Shown piece after piece: positions 9,866 through 19,187 of a stretch of DNA of 64,000 bases; position 1 is the stretch's first letter; each line of letters begins with the position of its first letter. The DNA is taken from NCBI GenBank assembly GCA_963758495.1, contig CAVWVI010000001.1, positions 514,264 to 578,263 on the forward strand, read 5' to 3'. The notes below the pieces were generated by a model. The model saw only the letters and a list, made by a program, of their open reading frames with translations. It was not told the origin of the DNA and did no database searches. Origin of the DNA: Oligoflexia bacterium. Lineage in GTDB: Bacteria; Bdellovibrionota; UBA1018. A program made the position numbers and the translations under genes.

Positions 9866-12560
9866 CCTCTGTACCGGATTCTACTAATCTACGCAGTCCA
9901 CACAAATCTGCCACACTACATCGAGCGCATTCTTTTTCACGCTTTGTAATTCTGGGTCGCGCTTCAAACTGTCCTTTTATAAATCCCTGTGCATTCTGAA
10001 TGAGCTGTTCCTCTAATTTTTCCCAAACTTCTTCTGGAGGAAGATGAATTAAACTTTTTGAGTTGGACCTGACATTTGTTAGTTTGCCAGCGTCTTTGCC
10101 ATTATGCTCTTTAAAGAATATGCCACTTTTTCGGCTCCCCTTACGATCAAGCTCAATAAACTGAACCCCTAAAGTAGGTTCATTCGTTTTCTTTCTCACT
10201 GCCACCGCATAAAATGGTAATTGAAGCCTATAGCCTTGCTCAATCATCTCACTCCCATGCGGAACAGTGCCTGAGCTCTTATAATCAATGATAAATAAAC
10301 CATCTTGATGTCGGTCAATTCGATCCGGCTGACCCACGATTGAAAATTCAGGATACTGAATCCGAAGGTGAATATCATCTAAACTCACAGGAGTTGCTCC
10401 AGACTGTGCGAGGTACTTACGTTCCTTTTCGCAAAATATTTCAAGAAGGATACACATTCTAGATTTTACATAGTGTTCAACACGTGTACTTTTAATTAAG
10501 CCCTTTGGACGTTTACGCTTCCAAGCTCTTTCCAAGGCTTCTAGGGGAGTTAAATCAAATCCACCGCCGGCATTCCTAGATTCTAATAGCAATCGAACAG
10601 ATTCATGAAGGATATTTCCACGAACATCAGGCCATAATTCTGAATCAGGTTCTCGAATATCTCTCAAATTCCAGCGGTGAAATGCCAAAGCTTGGAATGG
10701 GCACCTACTATATCTATCAATAGAGGTTGCCGTCAGCTCAGGGATTTCAACTCCTCGATATTCTTTTAAAGGCGACAATTGAATGACTTGAGGTTGAATG
10801 GGCCTAATTGCTTGATAGCTTTTTAAAAAGCGAGGATGAGATCCCATTTCAATGGGTATTTCTGAAACTCCTTGGGGAAAGGTTTGTTTTAAATTCAATT
10901 CTAATTCTTTTAAAATAGGAAGAATAGATTCCCGTTCCCGACCTTCGGTATCATACTGGGAATCGAGTATAACCACTTTCTCTGCACCGGAAATCCATGA
11001 TTTTAAAACATGGATTCTTTCTTCACGAACCTGAACAGAAGATCTTACAGCAAATTCAATTGCTAAAATTTCTCGCTCTCTTTCATTAAACCAATAGCTT
11101 CTCGTCCCCTCTCCATCAAACCAACGAGAAGGCAACCCAAAGATCCATACTTTAGATGCAGCCATTACAGGAGCTTGTTGCAATCGATAGAGACGAATCC
11201 CTGTACGTGGTTTGAGCCGTTCCACAGGAGGAGAAGCTTCACCCAATCGATCTTGAAGTCTTTCGAGCCAAAATAATAAAGGAGCTTTTTTTTCAGATTG
11301 CTCGATTCGAGTCAGATCCGATTCAAATGCTTTCCAAGTCTGTTCTAAAAAGGAAATAAGCCAAAGATTTGAATCCACGTTCGAACCCATATTCGAACGA
11401 AGAAACTTCAGATGAGCCTCCGACAATTCCGCGCAAGTCCTTCTTCCTCCCAATTCAGCCTCTAATTCTGACAATCGAGAATGAACACCTTGAAGCATAC
11501 CTCCTGTATAGGAGGACAGCCCATGGCGAATTCCACGCACATTGATTTCATTCACCCATGCAGGAAATTCAGCCTGCATTTGATATCCCCTCAACCAAGA
11601 AATCACTTTTTGTCTTTCAAAGTTTCGCCCTACAACTTCAAGAGGAAGCAATGCCCATTTCAAAGCCTCATCCCAGCGTAATCGAGTCGGATCGCGAGGA
11701 TCTGCAAGTGGAAGCCCTCTGGATTCTAACGCTCTCCTTAAACTCCGTCGTACAGAAGGAACATCCGGAATCAGGATCGCATGATCATCCCAATTTGTAT
11801 CAGTGGGGCTTAATTCTATCTGATCAGCCAAATATTCTGAAGCATCTTCTAAAGTGTGCCACTTCTGCCATTCTAAACTGGGTTGATTACTCCAAGAATC
11901 ACACAAAGAATGTATAAACCGAATCTCAACATGTTGGCCCAAAACCTCCCAAAACTCTCGCTCTAAACTTTCTGGCTTTTGTACTGATAATGAAAACACC
12001 TCTTGAGGCATTGAAAGATAACTGGGCCATCCTTCTCGAAGTACTTCTGTAGCTTTCCTCATTAAAACAGGAAGATCCATACTAGAAGTTGCCTCTAACC
12101 AAGCCTCATAGGCTAGAGTGAGTATTTGTAATTCTTTTCTCAAAGGGTTCTCACCCAAGCTTTGTGAAAGACGATCCTGATAAACTTCTTCTTCTTGTGA
12201 ATGAGCGAAAGCTAATCTTCCAGCTTGGATCGCCAAATCTAATCGCCTTATAAAATCTCTTTGACGCCTAATACGCTTTAACTCATGCAGATCAGCAATA
12301 ATTTTTGGCTCAGCTAGAAGCATTTTCAGAATTTCTTGACGAGCAGAAGTGCTCAACATGCGACTACTGGAAATTTGGATAATATTGAGACAAATCTCTT
12401 GAAGGGTGACAATGGCTTCGCTCGTAAATCCAAGTCCTTGAGATAGAATTAAAGCCTTGATATCTTCACGAGCAAAACCTGACCCCACACAAAGCCAACC
12501 GCTTGGCCGAAGTCCACTCATCCTTTTAAAAGGAATCACGTATTGAGAAGATAATTCCAT
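9846..12560 (-). CDS. addB: ATP-dependent helicase/nuclease subunit B (PD-(D/E)XK nuclease)
   Basis: YSRCPF, GNILHE, GQPDRID...IIDYKS, LQLPFY, CARCSVADLC; overlaps addA. Confidence 0.85.
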   Translation of the reverse strand: MELSSQYVIPFKRMSGLRPSGWLCVGSGFAREDIKALILSQGLGFTSEAIVTLQEICLNIIQISSSRMLSTSARQEILKMLLAEPKIIADLHELKRIRRQRDFIRRLDLAIQAGRLAFAHSQEEEVYQDRLSQSLGENPLRKELQILTLAYEAWLEATSSMDLPVLMRKATEVLREGWPSYLSMPQEVFSLSVQKPESLEREFWEVLGQHVEIRFIHSLCDSWSNQPSLEWQKWHTLEDASEYLADQIELSPTDTNWDDHAILIPDVPSVRRSLRRALESRGLPLADPRDPTRLRWDEALKWALLPLEVVGRNFERQKVISWLRGYQMQAEFPAWVNEINVRGIRHGLSSYTGGMLQGVHSRLSELEAELGGRRTCAELSEAHLKFLRSNMGSNVDSNLWLISFLEQTWKAFESDLTRIEQSEKKAPLLFWLERLQDRLGEASPPVERLKPRTGIRLYRLQQAPVMAASKVWIFGLPSRWFDGEGTRSYWFNEREREILAIEFAVRSSVQVREERIHVLKSWISGAEKVVILDSQYDTEGRERESILPILKELELNLKQTFPQGVSEIPIEMGSHPRFLKSYQAIRPIQPQVIQLSPLKEYRGVEIPELTATSIDRYSRCPFQALAFHRWNLRDIREPDSELWPDVRGNILHESVRLLLESRNAGGGFDLTPLEALERAWKRKRPKGLIKSTRVEHYVKSRMCILLEIFCEKERKYLAQSGATPVSLDDIHLRIQYPEFSIVGQPDRIDRHQDGLFIIDYKSSGTVPHGSEMIEQGYRLQLPFYAVAVRKKTNEPTLGVQFIELDRKGSRKSGIFFKEHNGKDAGKLTNVRSNSKSLIHLPPEEVWEKLEEQLIQNAQGFIKGQFEARPRITKREKECARCSVADLCGLRRLVESGTEGEGSGE

Positions 12561-12569
12561 AGGTACTTT

Positions 12570-13598
12570 TTAATATTTTAAAACGACCTTTTCTTTGTCA
12601 TCGTATAAAATAACTTCTGAACCCTTTTTTGAGCGAGACTTAACAACTTCTCCCAGTATCCAAGCTTTTTCACCTGCTCGCTTGAGTTTCTTCAAGACTC
12701 GCGAAGAATTTTTGGAAGATACGACTACCACCATGCCAATTCCTAAATTAAATGTCTGAGCCAATTCCTCAAGCGGAAGATGAGATAGATTTTTAATCCA
12801 CTTAAATATACTAGGTCGCTCTGAAAGAGTCGGTAAATGGATTTCATAACTGACTTGATCTGACATCCTAGGAACATTTAAAAAACCAGAACCCGTGATA
12901 TGAGCAAGGCCTTTGACCCATTTCTTTTCAAGGAGAGGCTGAATTGCAGACACATAAATTCGAGTGGGAGTTAAAAGCTCCTTTGCTATCTGTTTACCTT
13001 CTGTGCCTTGAGGTAAAAGTTTTCTGAGAAGACTAAATCCGTTGCTATGACAACCACTGGAGCCAATCCCGATAATTTGATCACCAGGACGAATGTTTTT
13101 TTTCGGAAGCACATTCTTGGGATTCACTAATCCCACCGCGAACCCTGCTAAGTCATACTCTCCGGCTCCATAAAAGTCCGGCATTTCAGCAGTCTCGCCC
13201 CCTACTAACGCACAGCCTGCCTGCCTACAGCCATTCACAATTCCTTCTAAAACTTGCTCTGCCACTCCTATTTCCAATTGACCCGTGGCAAAATAGTCCA
13301 AAAAGAAAAGGGGCTCTGCGCCTACGCACAATAAATCGTTTACAGACATGGCTACCAAATCAATCCCTACGGTACGATGTTCATTTAAACTAAACGCCAG
13401 TTTTAATTTGGTTCCAACACCATCGGTAGACGCCGCAAGCCACCTTTTCTTATCTAATTCAAAAAGCGATGCATATCCGCCCACCGCAGCTTTAACACGT
13501 GGGTTAAGCGTGGATTTTGACAAAATTGCAATTTTTTCAACAAATCGATCGGCTCTCTGACGATCAACACCTGATTCGACATAACTGAGGGATGCCAT
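12570..13598 (-). CDS. purM: Phosphoribosylformylglycinamidine cyclo-ligase
   Basis: TDGVGTK, GIDLVAMSVND, GGETAEMP, HITGSG, TFNLGIG. Confidence 0.97.
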   Translation of the reverse strand: MASLSYVESGVDRQRADRFVEKIAILSKSTLNPRVKAAVGGYASLFELDKKRWLAASTDGVGTKLKLAFSLNEHRTVGIDLVAMSVNDLLCVGAEPLFFLDYFATGQLEIGVAEQVLEGIVNGCRQAGCALVGGETAEMPDFYGAGEYDLAGFAVGLVNPKNVLPKKNIRPGDQIIGIGSSGCHSNGFSLLRKLLPQGTEGKQIAKELLTPTRIYVSAIQPLLEKKWVKGLAHITGSGFLNVPRMSDQVSYEIHLPTLSERPSIFKWIKNLSHLPLEELAQTFNLGIGMVVVVSSKNSSRVLKKLKRAGEKAWILGEVVKSRSKKGSEVILYDDKEKVVLKY

Positions 13599-13651
13599 GG
13601 GTAAAGGTTCTAGCGGATTAGATCCTTTGACTCAATCAATCTTTTGCGAAT

Positions 13652-14533
13652 TCACTCTATTCTTTCAAGGTTAAATTTCATTGCATGAGAAATAAACTCT
13701 TTAGAGCATAGAGAGACTAATTTTCCAACATCTGAGCCGGCATGTTCTTTTAATAGTCTCTTCGCCCACTGCCACGCCCAGACATAATGACTAAATGCTG
13801 GCATGTTTTTGCCATAATTTTTAGGATTATAAAGACGCCCATAGTCTCCATCAATATGGGCAATTTCTTCTTTTATTCGACGATCCATTGCTGGCCCATG
13901 CTCAAGTACTTGGGCTAAGCTTTCTTGGGTTTGATAAGCATAATTCCAAGGAGGCTCCCCTGGCACTAAAATCTCAGAAATAACACAACTGAAACCTTCC
14001 CCCATCAAATGCTCAATCACCGGGAGGTTTTGTGTAAATTCATCGTGGGTCATTTGCGGACTCAAACCAAAGCCTCGCCAAACTTCCTCTCTGGACTCGC
14101 GCACGACATGGGTCAATTCATGAGAAATCAGAATATCTAAGTAGGCTCCCCTTCCATGACTCTCATCTACTCCTAGGAATACACGATGATGACCTCGATC
14201 AAATCGGGCGTAACCATCCATGCATGTAAATGCACCAAAGAGTACAACTTCACCCGAAAGAGACAAACCAAATAATCGCTCGATGTTTCTAATTTGAGTT
14301 TTTACGCGTTCTTCTTCCCTTTTCGGATCTAAGGCCAAAACTTCTTTACGATAGAGGTCCCAATTTAAGTCTTCCAAGACCGAGTAAAAATCAGACCCCT
14401 TGTCATCTACAAGCACCCCAATGAGGTTGGAGTTCGGCTCATAGTAAGATTCAAGAAAATCCTGTCGCGCAGGCTTTTTATCCCAACGTTCCATACAGTC
14501 TAAAAGCAACGGAAGAAGATTATATATTTTCAT
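13652..14533 (-). CDS. Putative Zn-dependent protease (DUF2268-like)
   Basis: HELTH zinc motif followed by GEG. Confidence 0.6.
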   Translation of the reverse strand: MKIYNLLPLLLDCMERWDKKPARQDFLESYYEPNSNLIGVLVDDKGSDFYSVLEDLNWDLYRKEVLALDPKREEERVKTQIRNIERLFGLSLSGEVVLFGAFTCMDGYARFDRGHHRVFLGVDESHGRGAYLDILISHELTHVVRESREEVWRGFGLSPQMTHDEFTQNLPVIEHLMGEGFSCVISEILVPGEPPWNYAYQTQESLAQVLEHGPAMDRRIKEEIAHIDGDYGRLYNPKNYGKNMPAFSHYVWAWQWAKRLLKEHAGSDVGKLVSLCSKEFISHAMKFNLERIE

Positions 14534-14679
14534 GATAATCTCATCATTTTTTGATTTATCGGCAGAAAATAGAAATACTTTAGGATTTTATCTCCAAACT
14601 TTTTTATCTCAATCTCAAACTCCCATCAAGCTATATATAAAAATACCGATCAGTCAGCGAAGAAGACTGGGGATCGACA

Positions 14680-16548
14680 ATGAATAAATGTCCATGGATC
14701 AGAATCAATTTACTTTTACTGTCTTGTCCGCTCTGGGTGTTGTTTTGTGCTCGTCCGGCTTTTCCAAATGTGGAATTTTCTAAATATTTGGGTGCCACAG
14801 ACAAAAAGCTCACTGACATGAAAAAAGAGCACGAGAGATTAGGTAAGAGCTTCAGTACCCTGAAGCAGTCTTTTGCTCCTTCTGACAGTAGCGGAAATAA
14901 CGACTTAGCGACGCTGATTCAAAGTTCCGCTCAAGTTGAAGGTCTGACCTTGGCGGAGGGCGCCCTATGGGGACTACAAGTGGCAGAGCGTCTTCGAGAA
15001 TTAGGGGCTAAAAGCGAAAAGCTATTAATGGCCTTAGGGCCAGAAAAAAAAGAACTCCAAGCCTGGACGAATTCTGCACTGGAGTGTGCGGACAAGGCCA
15101 CTATCCTTCTAAAAACACTCGAAAGATCAATCCAGTTAACCCGCCAAATTTCTTTATACCCAGATCTCAATTCTAATATTCCATTACTTTTAGAACAATC
15201 CAAGGAACTTGCTATCTTAGCTTCATCCCAGGCCCATGGACGACTGGATGAATTGGCGAGTGCACTCAGCAAATTCGAAGAGAAATCGAAAGCAATGGAA
15301 GGAGGACTTCGCTATCTCAGCCACCTCACTGGTAAAAAAGGAGTTCGATCTCTTGCCAAGGATCTAGTAAAACTCCAAGACAATCACTCGATTCATGCTC
15401 ATCGCGATATTCAAGACCTTCGTGATATTTTAACGCCGTCGGAAACTCAGATTTCCGCTCTCTATTATAAGGCTCAGGTTTTGGCCAAAAATAAAGAGAG
15501 AGGTCTGACTGATTATTTTGATGATGCCAGTTTGAATCATTTAGAAACAGCCATGATTCGAGAGATTCAGGAGACATTAGCTGGGCCTATGAGTAAATCA
15601 CAGTCTGGATGGCAACAGAAAATGGATCAAATGGAAACGATTGCAGTGACTCTCAAAAAGGCTGGTGACGAGAAAGACCATAAGTTGGCGTTACAACCCT
15701 TAGATGAGCTTCATGACTTACTCTCCCAAAAGGGTGCCACCACAAAGACCCTCGTGCCGTTGATGAATATGGTCAGAGAGGCACATCGTGCTGCATTCAT
15801 GCGTGACAGCATCCGAGAGCTTCTTAAGTACATCACAAACAATCCAAAAATTAGCCCTGAATCGATTCGAATGATCCGTAAATTAAGTAATCAGGATAAT
15901 ATGAATCAACTGGATCGCATTGCCATGCACCTCATACTTCAGGGAGAAATCATTCGGAAAATGTTTGATATCAAGATGACAAAAAATCAGGTGGAATCTC
16001 TCAAAGCAATTTCACTTAATAATATGAAAAAGCTACTTGACCTCTCCAACGAAGGAGCTTTGAAATCAACTGAACTCAGAGATATTCGAGACCATCTGAG
16101 TGAGGGCCACTACTTCAAGAAATCCGATTGGGCTATGTCTTTTAGAAATGAGGAGACAGAGGCCTTGCATAAGCTCTATGACATGACTGAAGCTTCCATT
16201 GCCTTCAAGAAAGCTATCCTTGCGATGAGCGATCAATTACTTAAGAACCTGGACATGCGAGTCAAGATGGCAACAGAATACGCTAATAAGACTAAGGAAG
16301 CGTTTCAACTCACACTCAGCAGATTTAATTTGAAAGACGAACCGAATTTAGTGGCTAAAATCAAAAAAAATCCCAATTGTGGTAGTATCAACGAAGAAAG
16401 ACAGAAATACATTCTATCTCAAGATCAACTACGGGACATTTTTGCCAGTTTTATAATTGTAAAAAAGGTTCGCGATAACCTCGTCAAAGAGGATGCTGTT
16501 CTGTTCACTCCCACCGAAGAAAGCAATGACGATGCGGAATCTGATTAA
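14680..16548 (+). CDS. Hypothetical secreted alpha-helical/coiled-coil protein
   Basis: 622-aa ORF, hydrophobic N-terminus, L/E/K-rich heptads; no recognised domain. Confidence 0.7.
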   Translation: MNKCPWIRINLLLLSCPLWVLFCARPAFPNVEFSKYLGATDKKLTDMKKEHERLGKSFSTLKQSFAPSDSSGNNDLATLIQSSAQVEGLTLAEGALWGLQVAERLRELGAKSEKLLMALGPEKKELQAWTNSALECADKATILLKTLERSIQLTRQISLYPDLNSNIPLLLEQSKELAILASSQAHGRLDELASALSKFEEKSKAMEGGLRYLSHLTGKKGVRSLAKDLVKLQDNHSIHAHRDIQDLRDILTPSETQISALYYKAQVLAKNKERGLTDYFDDASLNHLETAMIREIQETLAGPMSKSQSGWQQKMDQMETIAVTLKKAGDEKDHKLALQPLDELHDLLSQKGATTKTLVPLMNMVREAHRAAFMRDSIRELLKYITNNPKISPESIRMIRKLSNQDNMNQLDRIAMHLILQGEIIRKMFDIKMTKNQVESLKAISLNNMKKLLDLSNEGALKSTELRDIRDHLSEGHYFKKSDWAMSFRNEETEALHKLYDMTEASIAFKKAILAMSDQLLKNLDMRVKMATEYANKTKEAFQLTLSRFNLKDEPNLVAKIKKNPNCGSINEERQKYILSQDQLRDIFASFIIVKKVRDNLVKEDAVLFTPTEESNDDAESD

Positions 16549-17527
16549 ACTCAGTCATTTTTACTCTGCCGTCCTTATTTTTCAATTTGCTCTCTACGCT
16601 CATGGAGGGGGCACAGAAAGTAATCAAAATATGAAAACTGAAATTCAGGCTCCTGAAGCTACACCCGAAACTACAAAGGAAACTACAAAGGAAACTACAA
16701 AGGAAACCAGTTCAGAATTGGCGTCGGAATCTATGAATGATCCACTCCTTAAAAAATTAGCGGTAGATCGCTGCGGCAGTATTGCAAGATCTCACATGAC
16801 AACCCAATCCTTTGAAGGATTCATTGAGAATGGCGTAGTTTATCAGTTTAGAGCAGGACAAGGATTAACTCCTACACCTGGCGGAGACAAACTACCATCC
16901 ATTCGTGAATTTAAGAATACTGATGTGGTTCCTGTGGGGCTTAAATATGTCACTTTTACCGGCAATTGGAATACGACTCCGGGAGTCCAAGATGATTCTA
17001 ATATTTTAGGGGGAAATGGAAAATTAATTGTAAATACTCCCCAGAAAGAAATCAGCGTTCCAGTGGTTACTGCGACAGAAGAGTACCTGAGTTATTTCAA
17101 AGCGCATTTACTCACCTCGGGTGACTCATTTCGTTTCCAAACTCAGGGAAAGTTTCCAATATTTAAAATGGAAATTGGGGAACACTATGTCCCTGAGTAC
17201 ATCATGAAAATGGGTAAAGGCTTATATTTGGAATATCATAATGAACCGCACTATCACGAACCCTTGGATAAAGATTCGGGCGGAGTGTATTTACTTGCTA
17301 AGGAAGTGGGTCTTCACGAGGGTAAGAAAACCTATCAGTTAGCAGCTTTTCGAGTGCCTTTTGGTAACGCTGTCTATACAGAACCAGGAGCTATTCATGA
17401 TGATGCTACCACTCAGGGGCATTGGCGCGTCGGCTACACTAATGCCAAGAACTTCTCTACTGTGACTCTTATGAATAACAAAAATGAACTTCTTGGACTT
17501 AAGTTTGAATATCTGGTTGGTCCCTAA
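16526..17527 (+). CDS. Secreted protein with ETTK repeats and cupin/ureidoglycolate-lyase-like C-terminus
   Basis: Signal-like segment (HFYSAVLIFQFALYA); His-rich LEYHNEPHYHEP...PGAIHDD; overlaps the end of the upstream gene. Confidence 0.6.
   Translation: MTMRNLIKLSHFYSAVLIFQFALYAHGGGTESNQNMKTEIQAPEATPETTKETTKETTKETSSELASESMNDPLLKKLAVDRCGSIARSHMTTQSFEGFIENGVVYQFRAGQGLTPTPGGDKLPSIREFKNTDVVPVGLKYVTFTGNWNTTPGVQDDSNILGGNGKLIVNTPQKEISVPVVTATEEYLSYFKAHLLTSGDSFRFQTQGKFPIFKMEIGEHYVPEYIMKMGKGLYLEYHNEPHYHEPLDKDSGGVYLLAKEVGLHEGKKTYQLAAFRVPFGNAVYTEPGAIHDDATTQGHWRVGYTNAKNFSTVTLMNNKNELLGLKFEYLVGP
16667..16707 (+). repeat. Coding tandem repeat, 3x GAAACTACAAAG plus partial (ETTK)
   Basis: Exact 12-bp units at 16667, 16679, 16691. 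Confidence 0.9.
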
Positions 17528-17586
17528 AAAAATTGAACTTTTAGGTGCGAAATTATCGCCTGACCCCACGGTGAGACGTGTGCTGC

Positions 17587-18522
17587 TTAACTGGAGGCGC
17601 TGAACACGACGAGCGGTGTTTGCATGCCATGTAAACGCCGGTGTTCCGAAAAGAGAACCTCGACTTCAGGGTAAGCTGGATTTGACTGGCGATCCAAAAT
17701 CCGATGTGCTCCGGCGATTTGCTGTAAGACAAGTTTGTCACGGGTCTCGCGGCCGCCATGAACTTCCATGATGAGGTAATCGAAGGAATCCAGAAGTCCG
17801 GGCTGTTCGCTCAGCATCTCATATTCAGAGCCTTCAATATCGGCTTTCAATAGAACGCTTCCCCGGGCCGCCGCATCGGCCAAGCCGCTTTCTCGCAACC
17901 AGTCGCCAAGCCTCTGTCCCTTAACCGTCAGCGTGCGCGTCAAGTTCCCGGCAGCTGTCGGATCGGCCACTCGCGAGTCTCGGTCGTTGTCCATCACTTC
18001 AAACACGATATGGCGCGGCTTGCCTACGACAGCTCCCATCATCACGCGCATTTCAATGCCATGTTTACCTAGCACGCGGGCTGTCCACTCCAGCACGCCG
18101 TGAAATTCCAAATTCGCTTCGATGGCGAGGATTTTTTTCACGCCGCCGTAGCCCGCAACGTAGAGACATACGTAGCCAGCGTTCGCACCCGCGTCGACCA
18201 GCATCGACGGTGTCCATTCTGGTCTGATCCGATAGGAATGTCCCCAAAAGATCTCACGAAAGCTCGACAGGCGATCGGGTTGCAACCAGATGGGTACAGG
18301 CACGTAGGCATCAAGTGCGGGCAAGTACAATTGAACCGTGAAAAAACTTTTGCGCGGAAACAATTTGAATGCTGCTTTTGCCAGACGGTTACACTGCCCA
18401 TTTCTGTAATAAAACCAGAAGTGCAGCTTGAAGACCGGATAAAGGGCGATAAGCTTTAGAGTATCCCATGAACTGACTCGGTACGACGCAAGAAACACTT
18501 TAAGCTGTTCGAAATAGGTCAT
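17587..18522 (-). CDS. FkbM-family SAM-dependent methyltransferase (GC-rich, foreign)
   Basis: VDAGANAG, AIEAN, LKADIEGSE, MEVH motifs. Confidence 0.9.
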   Translation of the reverse strand: MTYFEQLKVFLASYRVSSWDTLKLIALYPVFKLHFWFYYRNGQCNRLAKAAFKLFPRKSFFTVQLYLPALDAYVPVPIWLQPDRLSSFREIFWGHSYRIRPEWTPSMLVDAGANAGYVCLYVAGYGGVKKILAIEANLEFHGVLEWTARVLGKHGIEMRVMMGAVVGKPRHIVFEVMDNDRDSRVADPTAAGNLTRTLTVKGQRLGDWLRESGLADAAARGSVLLKADIEGSEYEMLSEQPGLLDSFDYLIMEVHGGRETRDKLVLQQIAGAHRILDRQSNPAYPEVEVLFSEHRRLHGMQTPLVVFSASS

Positions 18523-18677
18523 GAGGCTCGCTTTCGGTTTGTCCCTCTAACCTATCGGAAAGACTTCATTGTTCCTGAAGTGCTTGGCCAATAGAAATTG
18601 CTCAAATTTCACCCACTCAAACAGGAGAAGACCCACGTGCTCCAATTGGAGTACAAGCTGGAAAAATTCGAGAATCA

Positions 18678-18906
18678 CTGAACCTCGGAGAGGTGTTGCG
18701 TTAACAACCCCGGCACTGTGTCTGGTTTGATCAGTTCGCGACGGGGCCACAGCAAGATCTCGACGTAGGATTACGCTAAAGAACTCAAGCAATTCAAAGA
18801 GGTATTTCAAAAGACGTGAGGGTGGGGCTCCGAGGCGGGTTCGCGCTTACGACAGCACTATCGTGAAATAAAACGGGATCGGAAACCGCGGCGAAGGGGG
18901 GTGTCT
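18678..18906 (+). repeat. Left long terminal inverted repeat
   Basis: 18678-18892 is the exact reverse complement of the right arm; then one substitution and one indel. Confidence 0.95.
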
Positions 18907-19029
18907 AGGCTGCCGCAATTAGTATAATAACGCATCGCGTTTTTGATCCCGGACATTGGGGTCGGCGATTTCTGTATACAACCTACAAAGACCTGACACG
19001 GTCAAATGTGGTGTAGTTGATTTCTGTAT

Positions 19030-19063
19030 GAACGAGTGGTCTAACCCATTAGACCACTCGTTC
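19030..19063. other. Perfect 15-bp stem hairpin overlapping the inner IR end
   Basis: GAACGAGTGGTCTAA-ccca-TTAGACCACTCGTTC. Confidence 0.8.
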
Positions 19064-19116
19064 GCGTATAAATAATCGCAAGATAAAATATTTTGACTAT
19101 TTTATTTTGCTACTAT
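19057..19116 (+). repeat. Inner inverted repeat, left
   Basis: 54/60 match to the reverse complement of 20705-20764. Confidence 0.9.
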
Positions 19117-19187
19117 AAGTGTAGTGAATTTAGAACTATTGAGTCAGATATTGCATTGTTTCGGAATTTGGAAAATTTTCGAACTAC

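Noticed and set aside
17553..18551. FkbM gene as a classical integron cassette (GTTAGAG upstream of its ATG)
   Set aside because: Imperfect GTTRRRY, no RYYYAAC/attC hairpin downstream, and no integron integrase in the window.
18682..18819. GHSKIST*DYA reading in the long TIR, resembling a tyrosine-recombinase C-terminal motif
   Set aside because: Too short, interrupted by stops and lacking the upstream HxxR motif; may be chance. A translated HMM search would settle it.
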